Origin: the human T2T-CHM13v2.0 reference genome, Homo sapiens
Assembly: GCF_009914755.1 (NCBI RefSeq)
Contig: NC_060935.1
Length of the DNA: 64,000 bases
Direction: 5' to 3' (one strand)
Numbering within the stretch: the stretch's first letter is position 1; each line of letters begins with the position of its first letter. Positions 28,971 to 45,872 of the stretch are shown here, piece after piece. Position numbers and translations under genes: made by a program. The notes under the pieces were generated by a model. The model searched no databases and was not told the origin of the DNA. It saw nothing but the letters and a program-made list of their open reading frames with translations.

Positions 28971-29840
28971 TGCATCAGCTGAATTTTTCTGAATTTTCAG
29001 GCTTCCAGAGACACTGCCTTATACCCATCAAGACCTAGAATACTTGAAAGTCATTCTCTGAGATTTTCTGTCTTGCTCCCAGTTTTCAATGGGCTTCAGC
29101 CTGGTACTTGAGAATGTCCCTGTCTTCCTAAGGAGCTTACTCAGCTCTTGCTTTATCTGGTCCTCACTTTACTACTTATATGCTCTCAGTAAAGGCCTGT
29201 GGAAAACAATTGAGTGAGTGCAGATTTGCTTGATGTGTTGGGCTCATTGAGTTCCTATGATTTCATTTCTTATTCTACTTGTTCTCTTTATTTGTGAGGG
29301 AGGGACATAGTTTTGCTACTTAAAAAAATTAATCAGAAGTGAAAGTTCTCTCCTGGAATATCTTTTATGATTTCACTGTAATTCATGTCTTCTAAGAAGC
29401 CATGTTTTCCCCTGCCGGCATAGTCACTCATGGCTATACCTCTTAAGTAACAGTAGGAAAGATATGATTTAACGATTTATTTACGCTTATCTCCTTTACT
29501 TAGCTATATGCCCATCCAGGTTAGGCTCAGTATTTATTTCTCTTTTAAACTGTAGTGTCTAACACAGTGCGTGAAGCATCTGTTATGTTTTCTCATTTAT
29601 TTTATTCTTTTGCCAAACTGGTATTAAAAAATAGTAGTGTGACTATGACTGCCAGTGTCCTAAAAAATGGCACTGCTGAAATTGAACTTAGAAGAGACTG
29701 GCAGATCTAATGCTTTTACTCTGTTTATTAGAGAAATAATTAGCTAATTTATGCTAATATTGGACCATTAGGTAACAGACTCCTTAATGAGCTCAAGTTT
29801 TTAAAAACATTATTACTTTTTATAAAAAAAAGCATACTTA

Positions 29841-30193
<353 letters not shown>

Positions 30194-30985
30194 CTATGTT
30201 GTGTCTGGCTGACCAACTAACCTCCAACTCTTCATTAATAGACTGAAGATAATAAAATATACGCTTGGTAATTTTTTGAAAGCATCTCAGGGTCTATAAA
30301 ATTAAAGCACTTTGATGACATAGAAAATGTCATAGAAGTTTAAAATACTTTTTTCCTCTCCTTCTTCCATGCATTTTTTTTGTTTTCTTTCTTCTTTTTT
30401 TTTAATGAAAGATCAAGTGCTTTCTTCTTTACTTCTAGCAACTACTGTGACAATGTGATAAAACACTAGAACATTTTGAGTGAGCTTTCCCACGTTTTTC
30501 CTTGAGGGCCTGACTTGCTGTTCAGGATGGCCATCAAAATGTTAACTTATTACTTAAGTCCTTATTGCAAAGGTAGTTCTTTGTGGTGGTAATTTATTGT
30601 CAACTTTCTTTTCTTGTTTTCCTATTATAGAACAACTGATCCTGTCTATGAGTAGGAAATTTGCCAACCACATTCAGTCTGATTTTTTACCTCAGTTTTG
30701 CTCACTGTAAATCTTCCCAGTTCATGTGGCCAATTCTCAACTTTGTTCTCATGTTACAAGAACTCTTGTTCTGCCCTATTCTTTTGTTTTTTGATGTATT
30801 ATTATTCTGAGTAGTGGTTATTCCCAAAATAAATCCAATAATTTTTGACACTATACCTCAAGAACAGAAGTTTTACCCCTTCCTTAGTTCTCTCAACCAA
30901 TATGTAGTTGTAAAGAGACTGTTTGTTTATTTATTTATTTATTTATTTTTAACTTAAAAAAACAAGCAAAATTGGGAAAGTTAGT

Positions 30986-31100
30986 TAGGCTTAATATCTA
31001 GGGTGATGAAATAAACTGTACAACAGACCCCCATGACACAATTTACCCGTGTAACAAACCTGCACAGATACCCCTGAAATTAAAATAAAAGTTTAAAAAA
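30986..31100 (+). mobile_element. Very short L1PA10-13-type 3' end
   Basis: 'taggcttaatatctagggtgatgaaataaactgtacaacagacccccatgacac...gtaacaaacctgcaca...aaaataaaagtt'. Confidence 0.85.
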
Positions 31101-32563
31101 CAAAATGAATATAAACGGAACAAAACACAGTGACAAAATGTAGTCCTACAAGAAAAATTGAAAGTGTGCAAAATTTTGTGATAGTGTGGAAGACCACATT
31201 TGTGAGATAGGCTTATTTTTCATACACTGCATGTTAACTTTGATAAAGAGGAAATGCTAACTTTTCTACTTGATGCCAGGTCCTCAGATACTATAAACCA
31301 CTATAGTCCTATTAAAAAAAATCTTTTTCCAGCAAACCTCAACTTTTTCTAATTATCTAAAAATAATACACTATTTACATTTCCCCTAAGAGAAATATTG
31401 GCAGTAACACAGATAAAATAGGGTTTTCTGACAAAATAGTGTGTAAATGAGGCATAAAGTTCACCAGATCTTATTTTCGATCATTCCTAGTTGCCACCTA
31501 CATAATTCAGAAATGAACACACATTTTATAATTACATATAACATTCAAATAGTAATTTACAATTTATAGATTACTTTTACCTATTAGCCATTTAACTTCT
31601 GTGAGTGAGAATATTATTAGACATTTTAAATTACTTTTTAAAAATCCAGTCAATAGCAACAATCCTAATTTTGAGTGGGTAAACAGACTAAAGAATTAAA
31701 ATAAATTGCTGATCCAAAAACAAAAAACAACCAAAATATAATATTTATAATATTGTTAGTCATCTTTCCTTTGATGCTCAAAGAGAACCACATACTGGGA
31801 GGTGTTTTTTTTTTTTTTTTTTACTGCAATAAATGAGATTGTTCAAGTTCAAAATATTTATTTAGTAAAAAAATTTCATGTGATATTAGAGATCTGTATG
31901 ATGAAATGATAAGAAGCATAACAAAATAGCACCTATAGAGATGATAAAATTATCTGAAATAAGATTGAGGAAAAATATAATTAAAATCAATAATATAAGT
32001 TTTAAAATATATATTTCACTGGAGATTCAGTTAAATCCAGTACAGATCCTCAAATGTAGTTTTAAAGGGCATTAAATACAATAGTGCCAATCTTTGCGTT
32101 CTTAGATCAAGCAGACTATCTTCATATAAACAAAGTTTTCTCCTCTCTGAAACATGGCAATTTTAGACTGCTGGGAATAAGGGATACAATATCCTGAATA
32201 TTCTAATAGTTATTTAGTTATATAATTAATATTATAATGTATAATTAACTCATATTGAAATTTAGATCCTTTCCTTGTTCCATTGTGTTTGGGTGCATGC
32301 GTGTGTGTGTTTTTAGAGCTGGAAACAAAAGTTGAGATTCAGTTTTCTGGAAAACAGTCAAAATCTAAATTTTAGTTTTGGCCCACATGAAATAGTATAA
32401 TATTTTAACAATAATACTGTCTTACAATGTAAGTATTCTATGTTCTTTCTGCTAGGCAATTTAAAAATATTTAAATTCATTTAAGTGATTTTCTTTATGA
32501 TTACAAAGATATAATAAAACTAAGAGTTTTCATAAAATGTTAAGAATGTCATTTAACATACAG

Positions 32564-33232
32564 TTTAAACTATATCTTGTCTCTAACTAGGACTATCTGA
32601 ATTAAATTGCAAGAAGATCCTAACACTCTAAACTTTTTAAGTAAATGAAAGCAGAATAATCTGCCACCCGCCACCCCCCAACCTCCCCAACATACCTGTC
32701 TCCTAATGCTTAGAATCTGTGGATATATTAGGTTACATGGCAAAGGTGAATTAAGGTCCTAACCAGCTAGTCTTGAAATGGAAATATTATCTTCAATTAT
32801 TTCAGTGGGGCCAATGGATCACAAGGGTCCTTATAAAGTGGAAGAGGGAGACGTAGAGAGAGTGAAAGAAAGACAATCATGTGAAAAGGAATTGGCCTGG
32901 CATTGCTAACTTAAAGATGGAAGAAAGGGCCATGAGTGAAGGAATATGAGCAATTTCCAGAAGCTGGAAAAAAGCAAGGAAGTACCCTCTAGCACCTGCA
33001 GAAAGTTACAGCCCTGTCTGCCAACACCTTGATTTTAGTCAAAGGAGAACCATTTCTCACTTCTAGAACTGTAAGACGGTAAATTTGTATCATTTGAAGC
33101 CACTAAATTTGTGGTTATTTGTTATAGCAGTATAGGAAATGTTATGAAATTTAAACTATACCTTGTCTCTGATTAGGTTAACCTGAATTATGAGAAGATC
33201 CTGACTGATGTCTGAACATTTTTAGGTTAAAA
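32564..33232 (+). repeat. ~80-bp imperfect direct repeats (32564-32645 and 33150-33232) flanking MLT1D
   Basis: 'tttaaactatatcttgtctctaactagg...ctgaatta...agaagatcct' versus 'tttaaactataccttgtctctgattagg...ctgaatta...agaagatcct'. Confidence 0.8.
32650..33140 (+). mobile_element. MLT1D-type MaLR solo LTR
   Basis: 'gcagaataat...gaatctgtggatatattaggttacatggcaaagg...cacaagggtccttataa...ccaacaccttgattttag...aagccactaaatttgtggttatttgttatagcag'. Confidence 0.85.
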
Positions 33233-33326
33233 AATTGGTTCAATAAATAAAACTGTAGCTCTAACTTGGCAATTAATTGAGCAATTAAGTTTCAGTGCCT
33301 CTACAGCCTTAAAATTGTTTCAAAAC

Positions 33327-33519
33327 ATTAAGCAGATAAATATATTCAATAAGTTACCAATCTCTCTGGCCAATTGATTACTTCTCATAACGGTGTTTTG
33401 TTCTTTTCTCAAACTTGGTTTAAATATTAAGCAGATAAATATATTCAATAAGTTACCAATATCTCTGGTCAATTAACTGCTTCTCCTAATGGTGTCTTGT
33501 TCTTTTCTCAAACTTGGTT
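33327..33519 (+). repeat. Tandem duplication, 99-bp period, 2 copies
   Basis: 33327-33420 and 33426-33519 align without gaps, with 8 mismatches in 94 nt by my count. Confidence 0.95.
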
Positions 33520-33583
33520 CTATGTTATTAACCCATGGGGATACAGTAACGCCTGTCTGGCCCCTTTTATGCTGAGAATTCTT

Positions 33584-33792
33584 GATTTTCTCAACTGGCT
33601 TAATAGTACTAACTGTTTAGGAAAACTTGTGGAAATTTTAAGGGGCATTTCTGATTGTCTCAATGGGACATTACTGGCATTTAGTGACCAAAGCTCAGGT
33701 ATGTAAAACATCTTATAAAGTTCTAGACAATTTTGTACATTCTAGAACTGTTCCAATCAAAACACTAATAGCACTCTTGTTGAGGAACTCTG
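33584..33792 (+). mobile_element. MER20-family hAT element
   Basis: 'ttctcaac...gattgtctcaatggg...tactggcatttagtg...aatagcactcttgttgaggaactctg'. Confidence 0.6.
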
Positions 33793-34283
33793 AAATAATT
33801 CCTTTTTTTGTACTTCTCCCTTATGTATTTGAAAGAGAACTGGTTTAATATTGATATTATTGCAGCCTTTGCTCTTAACTTTCCTCTGTACTAGAGAAGT
33901 CCTGTGCCTGCTGAGACTCTAAGGAAGTAAAGATTCCTTTGACTCTAAAAAGTCTTTCTTGGGTGTTCTGTGGGCTCCCTATTCATGATCTTGGTAAACA
34001 TATTTTCAATTCAGTGAATTTTATTGAACATTTTGAGGATTGTGTATACATGTATTCTTTCTTTTATAATGCTTCTGTGTAGTTGAGTAGGGAGAATTGA
34101 GCCTTCTAAATCTTCTACTCCTTTACAAATCTGCTGTTTTATGTCAATTTCTTTGGCAAAAAAAAAAAGTTGCTTATGTTTTTACTGGCCAAAGATTCAG
34201 TAAGTTTTTTTTTTTCTTTCTTTTTATTGTTTCTTTGGAAAGGGAATTTCAGTAATCCTGACTTCTTTCTTCTTTAAGTGAAA

Positions 34284-34412
34284 TAGTGCTACCCAATGTA
34301 ACTTTCTTTAGTGATGAAAATGTTTTATATTCTCCACTTTCCAATACAGCAGCAAATAAATGCACTTAAAAAACACGTTACTACTAAAATGACAGAGGAA
34401 CTAAAGTTTGAT
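34284..34412 (+). mobile_element. MER3 fragment
   Basis: 'agtgctacccaatgtaactttctttagtgatgaaaatgttttatat...gacagaggaactaaa'. Confidence 0.7.
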
Positions 34413-34908
34413 TTTTTTCCAGCTTTTGTATTAGGTTCAGGCAGTATATGTGCAGGTATGTCACATGGATCAATACTGTATGGCTTGGGATTTGTGAACA
34501 AATGATTTGGTCTCACCCTGGTAGTGACCATAGTACCAGATACGTAGTTTTTAAATCCTCACCTGTCTCCTATCCTCCTCCCTCAGTAGGCCCCAGTGTT
34601 TATTGTTCCCCACTTTGTGTCCATGTATACTCAAAGTTTAGCACCCACTTATAAGTAAGAACATGCAATTTGATTTTTCTGTTCCTCTGTCAATTTTCCT
34701 AAGATAGTGGCCTTCAGATCCATCCATGTTGTCGCAAAGGACATGATTTCATTCTTTCTTATGGTTGCATAGTACTCCATAGTGTCTATGTACCACATTT
34801 TCTTTATTCCACTGTTGATGGGCATCTAGGTTGATTCCATGTTTTTGTTATTGTGAACAGTGCTGCGGTGAACATATGTATGCATGTGGTGTCTTTATGG
34901 TAGAATGA

Positions 34909-35043
<135 letters not shown>

Positions 35044-36361
35044 TGATTTATATTCTTTTCAGTATATGCCTAGTAATGGGATTGATGAGTTGAACGGTAG
35101 TTCTGTTTTAAGTTATTTGAGAAATCTCCAAACTGCTTTCTACAGTGGCTGAACTAATTTACATCCCCATCAGCAATGTATAAGTATTTCCTTTTTCCAC
35201 AACCTCTCCAACAACTGTTATTTTCTGAATTTTTAAAAATACCATTCTGACCGGTGTGAGATAGTATCTCATTGTGGTTTTGATTTGCATTTCTCTATTG
35301 ATCAGCAATGTTCAGCATTTTTTTCATATGCTTACTGGCCATGTATATATCGTCTTTTGAGAAGTGTGTGTTCATGTCCTTTGCCGAATTTTAATGGGAT
35401 TGTTTGGTTTTTGCTTGTTGATTGGTTTTAGTTCCTTATAGATTCTGGATATTATATCTTTATCACATGTATAGTTTGCAAATATTTTCTCATTCTGTAG
35501 ATTGCCTGTTTGCTCTATTGATAGTTTCTTTCACTATCCAGAAGCTCGTTAGTTTAATTAGGTCTCATTTGTCCATTTTTGGTTCTGTTACAATTGCTTT
35601 TGGAGTCTTTGTCACAAAATCTTCGCCAAGGTCTATGTCCAGAATGGTATTACCTAGGCTATATTCAATGGTTTTTATAGCTTTAGGTTTTATATTTAAG
35701 TCTTTAATAAATCTTGAGTTAAGTTATATGGTAAAAGAACAGGGTCAGTTTTATTCTGCATATGGCTAGCTAGTTATCCCAGCAGCGTTTATTGAATAGG
35801 AAATCCTTTCCTCGTTGCTTATTTTTGTAGGGTTTATTGAAGATCTGATAGTTGTAGGTTTGTCACTTTATTTCTGGATTCTCTAGCCTGTTCCATTTGT
35901 CTTTGGCTCTGTTTTTATACCAGTACCATGCACTTTGGTTACTGTAGCTTTCTAATATAATTTAAAATCAGGTAATGTGATGTTGCTGGGTTAAGGCTTT
36001 GGTATCAGAATGATGCTGGCCTCATAGAATGAGTTAGGGAGGAATCTCTCCTCCTGGAATTTTTTGAATAGTTTCAGTAGTATTGGTACTAGCTTTTCTT
36101 CATAAATCTAATAGAATTCAGATGTGACTCCATTTGGTCCAGGGCTTTACTAGTTGGTAGGTTTTTTTAAATTACTTATTCAATTTTGGAACTCTATTGA
36201 TTTCTTCAGGTATTCAATTTATTCCTGGTTCAATCTTGGGAAGCTGCATATATCCAGGAATTTATCCAATTCTTCTAGGTTTTCTAATTTCTGTGCATGG
36301 ACCTTTTCATAATAGTTTCTGAAGGTTTTCTGTATTTCTGTGGGGTTGGTGGTAATGTCAC

Positions 36362-36759
36362 TGTATTAGACCATTCTTGCATTGCCATAAAGAACAACCT
36401 GAGACTGGGTCATTTATTAAAAAAAAAAAGAGGTTTAATTGGCTCATGGCTGCAGGCTTTATACAACGCATGGTGCTGGCATATCCTTGTCTTCCGGTGA
36501 AGAGTCTGGGAGCTTGCAGTCAAGGCAGATGGTGAAATGGGAGCAGGCACTTCACAGGGCAAAAGCAGGAGCAAGCAAGAGGTAGAGGTGGGGAGAGGTG
36601 CGACACACTTTTAAATGACCAGATTTCACTAGAATTCACTATCAGAAAAGAGTATGCCAACCCCGTGATCCAAGCACCTTCCACTATGTCTCTCCCCCAG
36701 CATTGGGGATTACAATTCAAAATAAGAGTTTGGTGGGGACAAATATTCAAACTATATCA
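36362..36759 (-). mobile_element. MSTA-type MaLR solo LTR
   Basis: TG...CA termini, 'gaggtttaattggctcatgg' and 'cattggggattacaattcaa'. Perfect 5-bp TSD gtcac at 36357-61 and 36760-64. Confidence 0.92.
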
Positions 36760-37689
36760 GTCACCTTTGTCGTTTCTGATTGTGTTTATTTAGGTTTTCT
36801 CTTTTTTTTCCTTATTAGTCTAGCCAGCACTCTATTTATCTTATTTATTCTTTCAAGGAATAAACTTTTAATTTTGTTAATCTTTTGTATGGATTTTCGC
36901 ATCTCAATGTCATTCAGTTCAGCTCTGACTTTGGTTATTTCTTTTCTTCCGCTAACTTTGGGATTAATTTGCTCTTGTTTTTCTAGTTTGTCCAGATGTA
37001 ATGTTGGGTTATAAATTTAAGATCTTTCTGATTTTTTGATTAAAGTGTTTGGTGCTATAAACTTTCCTCTTAACACTGCTTTAGCTGTGTCCCAGAGATA
37101 TTGGTATGTTGTATCCTTGTTTTCATTAGTTTAAAAGAATTTCTTGATTTTTGCCTTAATTTCTTTTTTTTTTTGCTTTGTTGTGTTGTTCATTTTATGA
37201 AATAAGGTATACTATGATTATTTCAAGTCACAACTTTAATTTGTTACTCTTTAGGGCTACCAAAATTTTTATCTAGAATCAATGAAATAAATTGTTATCC
37301 TAATAAATACATTAAAAGTAAGAGTGAAAGTACATTTCATTGTTAAATCTCAAGCATTCTTATCATTCAATGCAATGGTTCTGTGGATTAGTTTTGTTTG
37401 TGTTTTCATAATTTAACTCATATATAAAGGGGTATATACCAGGGCTATGGATTCAGCTGATACAGTTAATTATATAATCTGTATAAGGATATTCTCAATT
37501 TATTTTCTGTAGTCATTAAGAAATCTTGAGCCAAATTAACTCCCTTAAGCATTGTTAAAAAGAGAAAACTTTCTAGATCTGCTGTTTCTTGTGAGTCATC
37601 AGACTCACCTTCAGCATCTTTGGTCTTTTTATGGTGTTTTGAACATTAACACTATTGTTAGAAGAGTTTTAGATTTACTCCCAAATTGC

Positions 37690-38235
37690 ATATATACTAC
37701 AGAAAGTTTCCATATATTCAGCACCTAGGTTATTTTATTATTAACATAATATATTAGTAGGGTTCATTGACCATAATTAATAAAGCAATGTTTGCATATT
37801 ATTATTAATTAAAGTGCATTCATTATTCAGTTTTTCTTAATTTTTGTCTAATGTCCCTTTTCTGATCCAGGATTCCACAAGGATATCATATTACATTTTG
37901 TTATCCTGTCTGTATGCTACTATTGGGTGTGATGGTTTCTTAGACTTTCCTTGTTTTTGTTGTTCTTGACAGTTTTGAGAATCATTGTTTAGATATTTTG
38001 TAAAGCATCCCTCACTTGAGACTTATCTGATTTTTTTATCATAATTATTTTGGGGTTCTGGGTTCTGAGGAGGAAAATCACAGAAGCAAAGTGCAATTTT
38101 TATCACATCATATCAAGGATATATACTATTAACATGAGTTACCACATTTAATGTTGACATTCATCAACTCTCTGAGGTAGTGTTTCCCAGGTTTCTGCTC
38201 TCTAAAGTTACTCTTCCCCACTCTATTTCATAGTG
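37690..38235 (-). mobile_element. L1MC/L1MD 3' UTR fragment
   Basis: 'ctaatgtcccttttctgatccaggattcca', 'ttgacagttttgagaatc', 'atcacatcatatcaagg', 'ctgaggtagtgtttcccaggtttct'. Confidence 0.8.
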
Positions 38236-39842
38236 TATAATTCTTATCTGGGGCAGTAGTTTGTACATAGGTTTTCAGCTGAAAATACAGATTAGGGTGC
38301 ATGGCAGCTGAGTGGTTCTTTTACAAACTCAACTGCATGTGAAGTGATTGATTCTGGCATAAGCATTGAATGATTCAATGATCTAAATACATCATGATCT
38401 CAAATGATCCTTTTAAAAGCCTGGTGTACTAAGGATGGAATCTTACAAGGTGAGGAGTCTTTCTCTGTTATGTGAGAGAAGCGTTCCCATTATAATCTGT
38501 GAAAATACACTCTAAACCATATCTTAACCAATTCATAATATACAAACTGAGGTTTTTAATAGTGGTTTCACTTATACAGTAGTTTCAGATATACTTTCCC
38601 AATAGCTTGTAAAAGTAAAATATTTAAAAGTAAAATTGATCTTCTGATATTAATTGCTACCTTCAAGCATGTTTAATAATTAGCATTGCTTTAGCAACTC
38701 ATGCCCCTGGCCCACTGTTCATGTGTTCTTAATTCTTACTTCTAAATAATTTAAACACTAACCAAAATGCTGAGTTTTAGAACACATTAGCTTTTTTTAT
38801 TAATGAGTAACCTTAAGGACACTTCACACTACTAAAAATGTTCTCTTATATTTCTTGAGTAATCAGTAACAGTTGGTTTATTTCACTTTTAAGAATTTCT
38901 AATATTTTTCTTATGACATCTCTCCCTGAAAAGAGGTAGAGATCTTATAATATATTTCTATAGTCAATAAGCTCCAGAGACAAAACGCTAGCAGGTAATG
39001 GAGGTGAAACAGCAAGGTCTGATACATAGGTATCTAAGGCTCAACATATATCCAAAAGATAGAAACCCACATCACTGCAGCAGATCAATTTTTGAATAGA
39101 CTGAGCTGCATTCTAAGATAGTATATTGTCTAGATATTTGTTATAGTGACTTTTATACTGATAGCAGATTTATGAAATGAATTTATTATTAATTTAAGAA
39201 TTAGACTGTTTAGATTCTTTATAAAGGTAATTTAACATTGAAAAAAGGCATTCTATGGATTACCTGCAAGGCAAGTGCTTATCGAGTTTGCTGGCCAATT
39301 TCTTACCAGGTTTAGCTATTTTAGGTTTGAGGGTTATCTTCAAGAGTAGAAGAGCAAGTCATTATAACACCATTAGATTTGGTGTTATTTGCATAGAGCC
39401 AAGATGTTTTATAGTTATCTCTAATTAGAAGAGGTGCAGATGCTGCAATATATTAAGCCGAATTTTGAAATCCAAACTGAATGTTCTCTCATTTCTTTCT
39501 AACACTACATTAAATATTATAATTTGTTGTTTGTTTTAGAAAAAGAAGATAATAGAATAGGAAAGGAAAATGTGATATAAATCATGAATGTAAAATGTGA
39601 TTCACATTACAATGGGACAAAATGTAGGTCTTCACTAAATAGACTTACCTAATAAGCAACTCATGGAAATTACAATATAATGATTTTCCTCTCTTATTTA
39701 TCCTCTAGGTGATGCATTTTTGTGTGTAATTGCACATTTGCACATTACTGAAGGCTGAAATGATTATCTACCTGAAAATTTATACTCTTATTCCTTTCCT
39801 GTGTGTGTTTTTGTGTATAATTGTGTGTATACATGTGCACTA

Positions 39843-39978
39843 GAGAGAAGGGAAGAGAGACACACACACAGAGACAGAGACGGCGGATAGAGGGAGAGAG
39901 GGGGAAGGAGATGAAGGGGGGAGAGAGGGAGAGGAAGAGGGGGAGAGAGAGAGAGATTGATTGATTGATTGATTGATT
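39843..39978. repeat. GA-rich low-complexity tract plus (GATT)6
   Basis: Read directly from the sequence. Confidence 0.9.
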
Positions 39979-40189
39979 TTTATGGCTAAAAAATTCCTGT
40001 GACTAAAAAATCCCAAGAATGTGTGTTTAATCGCCAAGTACTTGACTTGCAATTATGATTGTAACTGTGCCTTAGATTATTTAGTATAGATCCTATAACT
40101 ATTATCAAATGCTAGATAAAATATTGATTTTAAGTAATTTAAAATAGCATTGATGATGCTAGAATTTTCTTTTATATGTATAAGATATT

Positions 40190-40560
40190 CAACATCCATA
40201 AATGCCCAACAATTTATTGAACCCACCTTTCTAGCATGCATCATGCTAGATGTGTAGGTGTAAAGGGGAGTATTCTCAACAGCCTCTCCAGGAGTATGCA
40301 ATGATGGGTGAGGTGACATTAAATTAAAGTCACAAACATAATTCAATTATAAGTGCCCACTACCTTTGGAGGAATAAATGAAAACATTAAAGTACAGATA
40401 ATAAAACACAGGGTATTGTGAGAGCTGTGACAGAGAAATTAAACTTATCTAGATGGCAAGGTGGGTGATCAGAGAAATGATCCCTGAGGAAATAAAGTTT
40501 ACATTGAGAAAGTAAAACTATGAGCTAATTAGCCAGGAAAAGGGAAGGCTGGCATGAGTT
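40190..40560 (-). mobile_element. L2 3' relic
   Basis: 'caacaatttattgaacccacct...catcatgctagatg' and 'ccctgaggaaataaagtttacattgaga'. Confidence 0.55.
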
Positions 40561-40977
40561 GCTGGTTTAGATCAAGGTAGAAGAAGTTATTCCCCCAAGG
40601 AGGAACATACACTTACGGTCCAAAAATAAAAAATAAAAAGCAATGATTTTTGAAATTAGAAACATACACAAAGGGATAGTCCTGCAAAGTTATAAAATCT
40701 TATAAAACCACTACAATCTCTAAAACAAACAAAAAGACTAACAAGACAAAGATAAGTAGATTTTTCTTTTCTTTTTATACTTTAAGTTTTAGGGTACATG
40801 TGCACAACATGCAGGTTTGTTACATATGTATACATGTGCCATGTTGGTGTGCTGCACCCATTAACTCGCCATTTAACATTAGGTATATCTCTAATGCTAT
40901 CCCTCCCCTCTCCCCCCACCCCACAACAGGCCCAGGTGTGTGATGTTCCCTTTCCTGTGTCCATGTGTTCCCATTGT

Positions 40978-44793
<3,816 letters not shown>

Positions 44794-44856
44794 TATGATG
44801 TTAGCTGGTTATTTTGCTCGTTAGTTGATGCAGTTTCTTCCTAGCCTGGTTGGTCT

Positions 44857-45872
44857 TTGAAATTTGGCAATTTTTTGCAGTGGCTGGTAGCGGTTGTTCC
44901 TTTCCATATTTAGTGCTTCCTTCAGGATCTCTTTTAGGGCAGGCCTGGTGGTGACAAAATCTCTCAGCATTTCCTTGTCTGTAAAGTATTTTATTTCTCC
45001 TTCACTTATGAAGCTTAGTTTGGCTGGATATGAAATTCTGGGTTGAAAATTATTTTCTTTGAGAATGTTGAATACGGCCCCCAGTCTCTTGTGTCTTGTA
45101 GAGTTTCTGCTGAGAGATCAACTGTTAGTCTGATGGGCTTCCCTTTGTGGGTAACCCGACCTTTCACTCTGGCTGCCTTTAACATTTTTTCCTTCGTTTC
45201 AACTTTGGTGAATCTGACTATTATGTGTCTTGGAGTTGCTCTTCTCGAGGAGTATTTTTGTGGTATTCTCTGTATTTCCTGAATCTGAATGTTGGCCTAC
45301 CTTGTTAGATTGGGGAAGTTCTCCTGGATAATATCCTGCAGAGTGTTTTCCAACTTGGTTCCATTATCCCTGTCACTTTCAGGTACACCAATCACATGTA
45401 GATTTGGTCTTTTCACATAGTCCCATATTTCTTGGAGGCTTTGTTCGTTTCTTTTTATTCTTTTTTCTCTAAACTTCTCTTCTCGCTTCATTTCTTTCAT
45501 TTGATCTTCCATCACTGATACCCTTTCTTCCAGTTGATCAAATTGTCTACTGAGGCTTGTGCATTCATCACGTAGTTCTTGTGCTGTGGTTTTCAGCTCC
45601 ATCAGGTCCTTTAAGGACTTCTCTGCATTGATTATTCTAGTTAGCCATTCATCTAATTTTTTTTCAAGGTTTTTAACTTCTTTGCCGTGGGTTCAGACTT
45701 CCTCCTTTAGCTCGGAGTAGTTTGACCATCTGAAGCCTTCTTCTCTGAACTCGTCAAAGTCATTCTCCATCCAGCTTTATTCTGTTGCTGGTGAGGAGCT
45801 GCATTCCTTTGGAGGAGGAGAGGTGCTCTGCTTTTTAGCATTTTCAGTTTTTCTGCTCTGTTTTTTCCCCAT
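44857..45872 (-). pseudogene. L1 ORF1p, disrupted
   Basis: ATG GGG AAA AAA CAG at 45872. Fragment 'EQSLQEIWDYVKRPNL...LENTLQDIIQENFPNL'. Internal stops present. Confidence 0.95.

Noticed and set aside
40230-40250. Short palindromes such as tctagcatg-cat-catgctaga, also near 30315 and 52908
   Set aside because: Stems of 7-10 bp are expected by chance in 64 kb of AT-rich DNA, and none has a miRNA-length hairpin.
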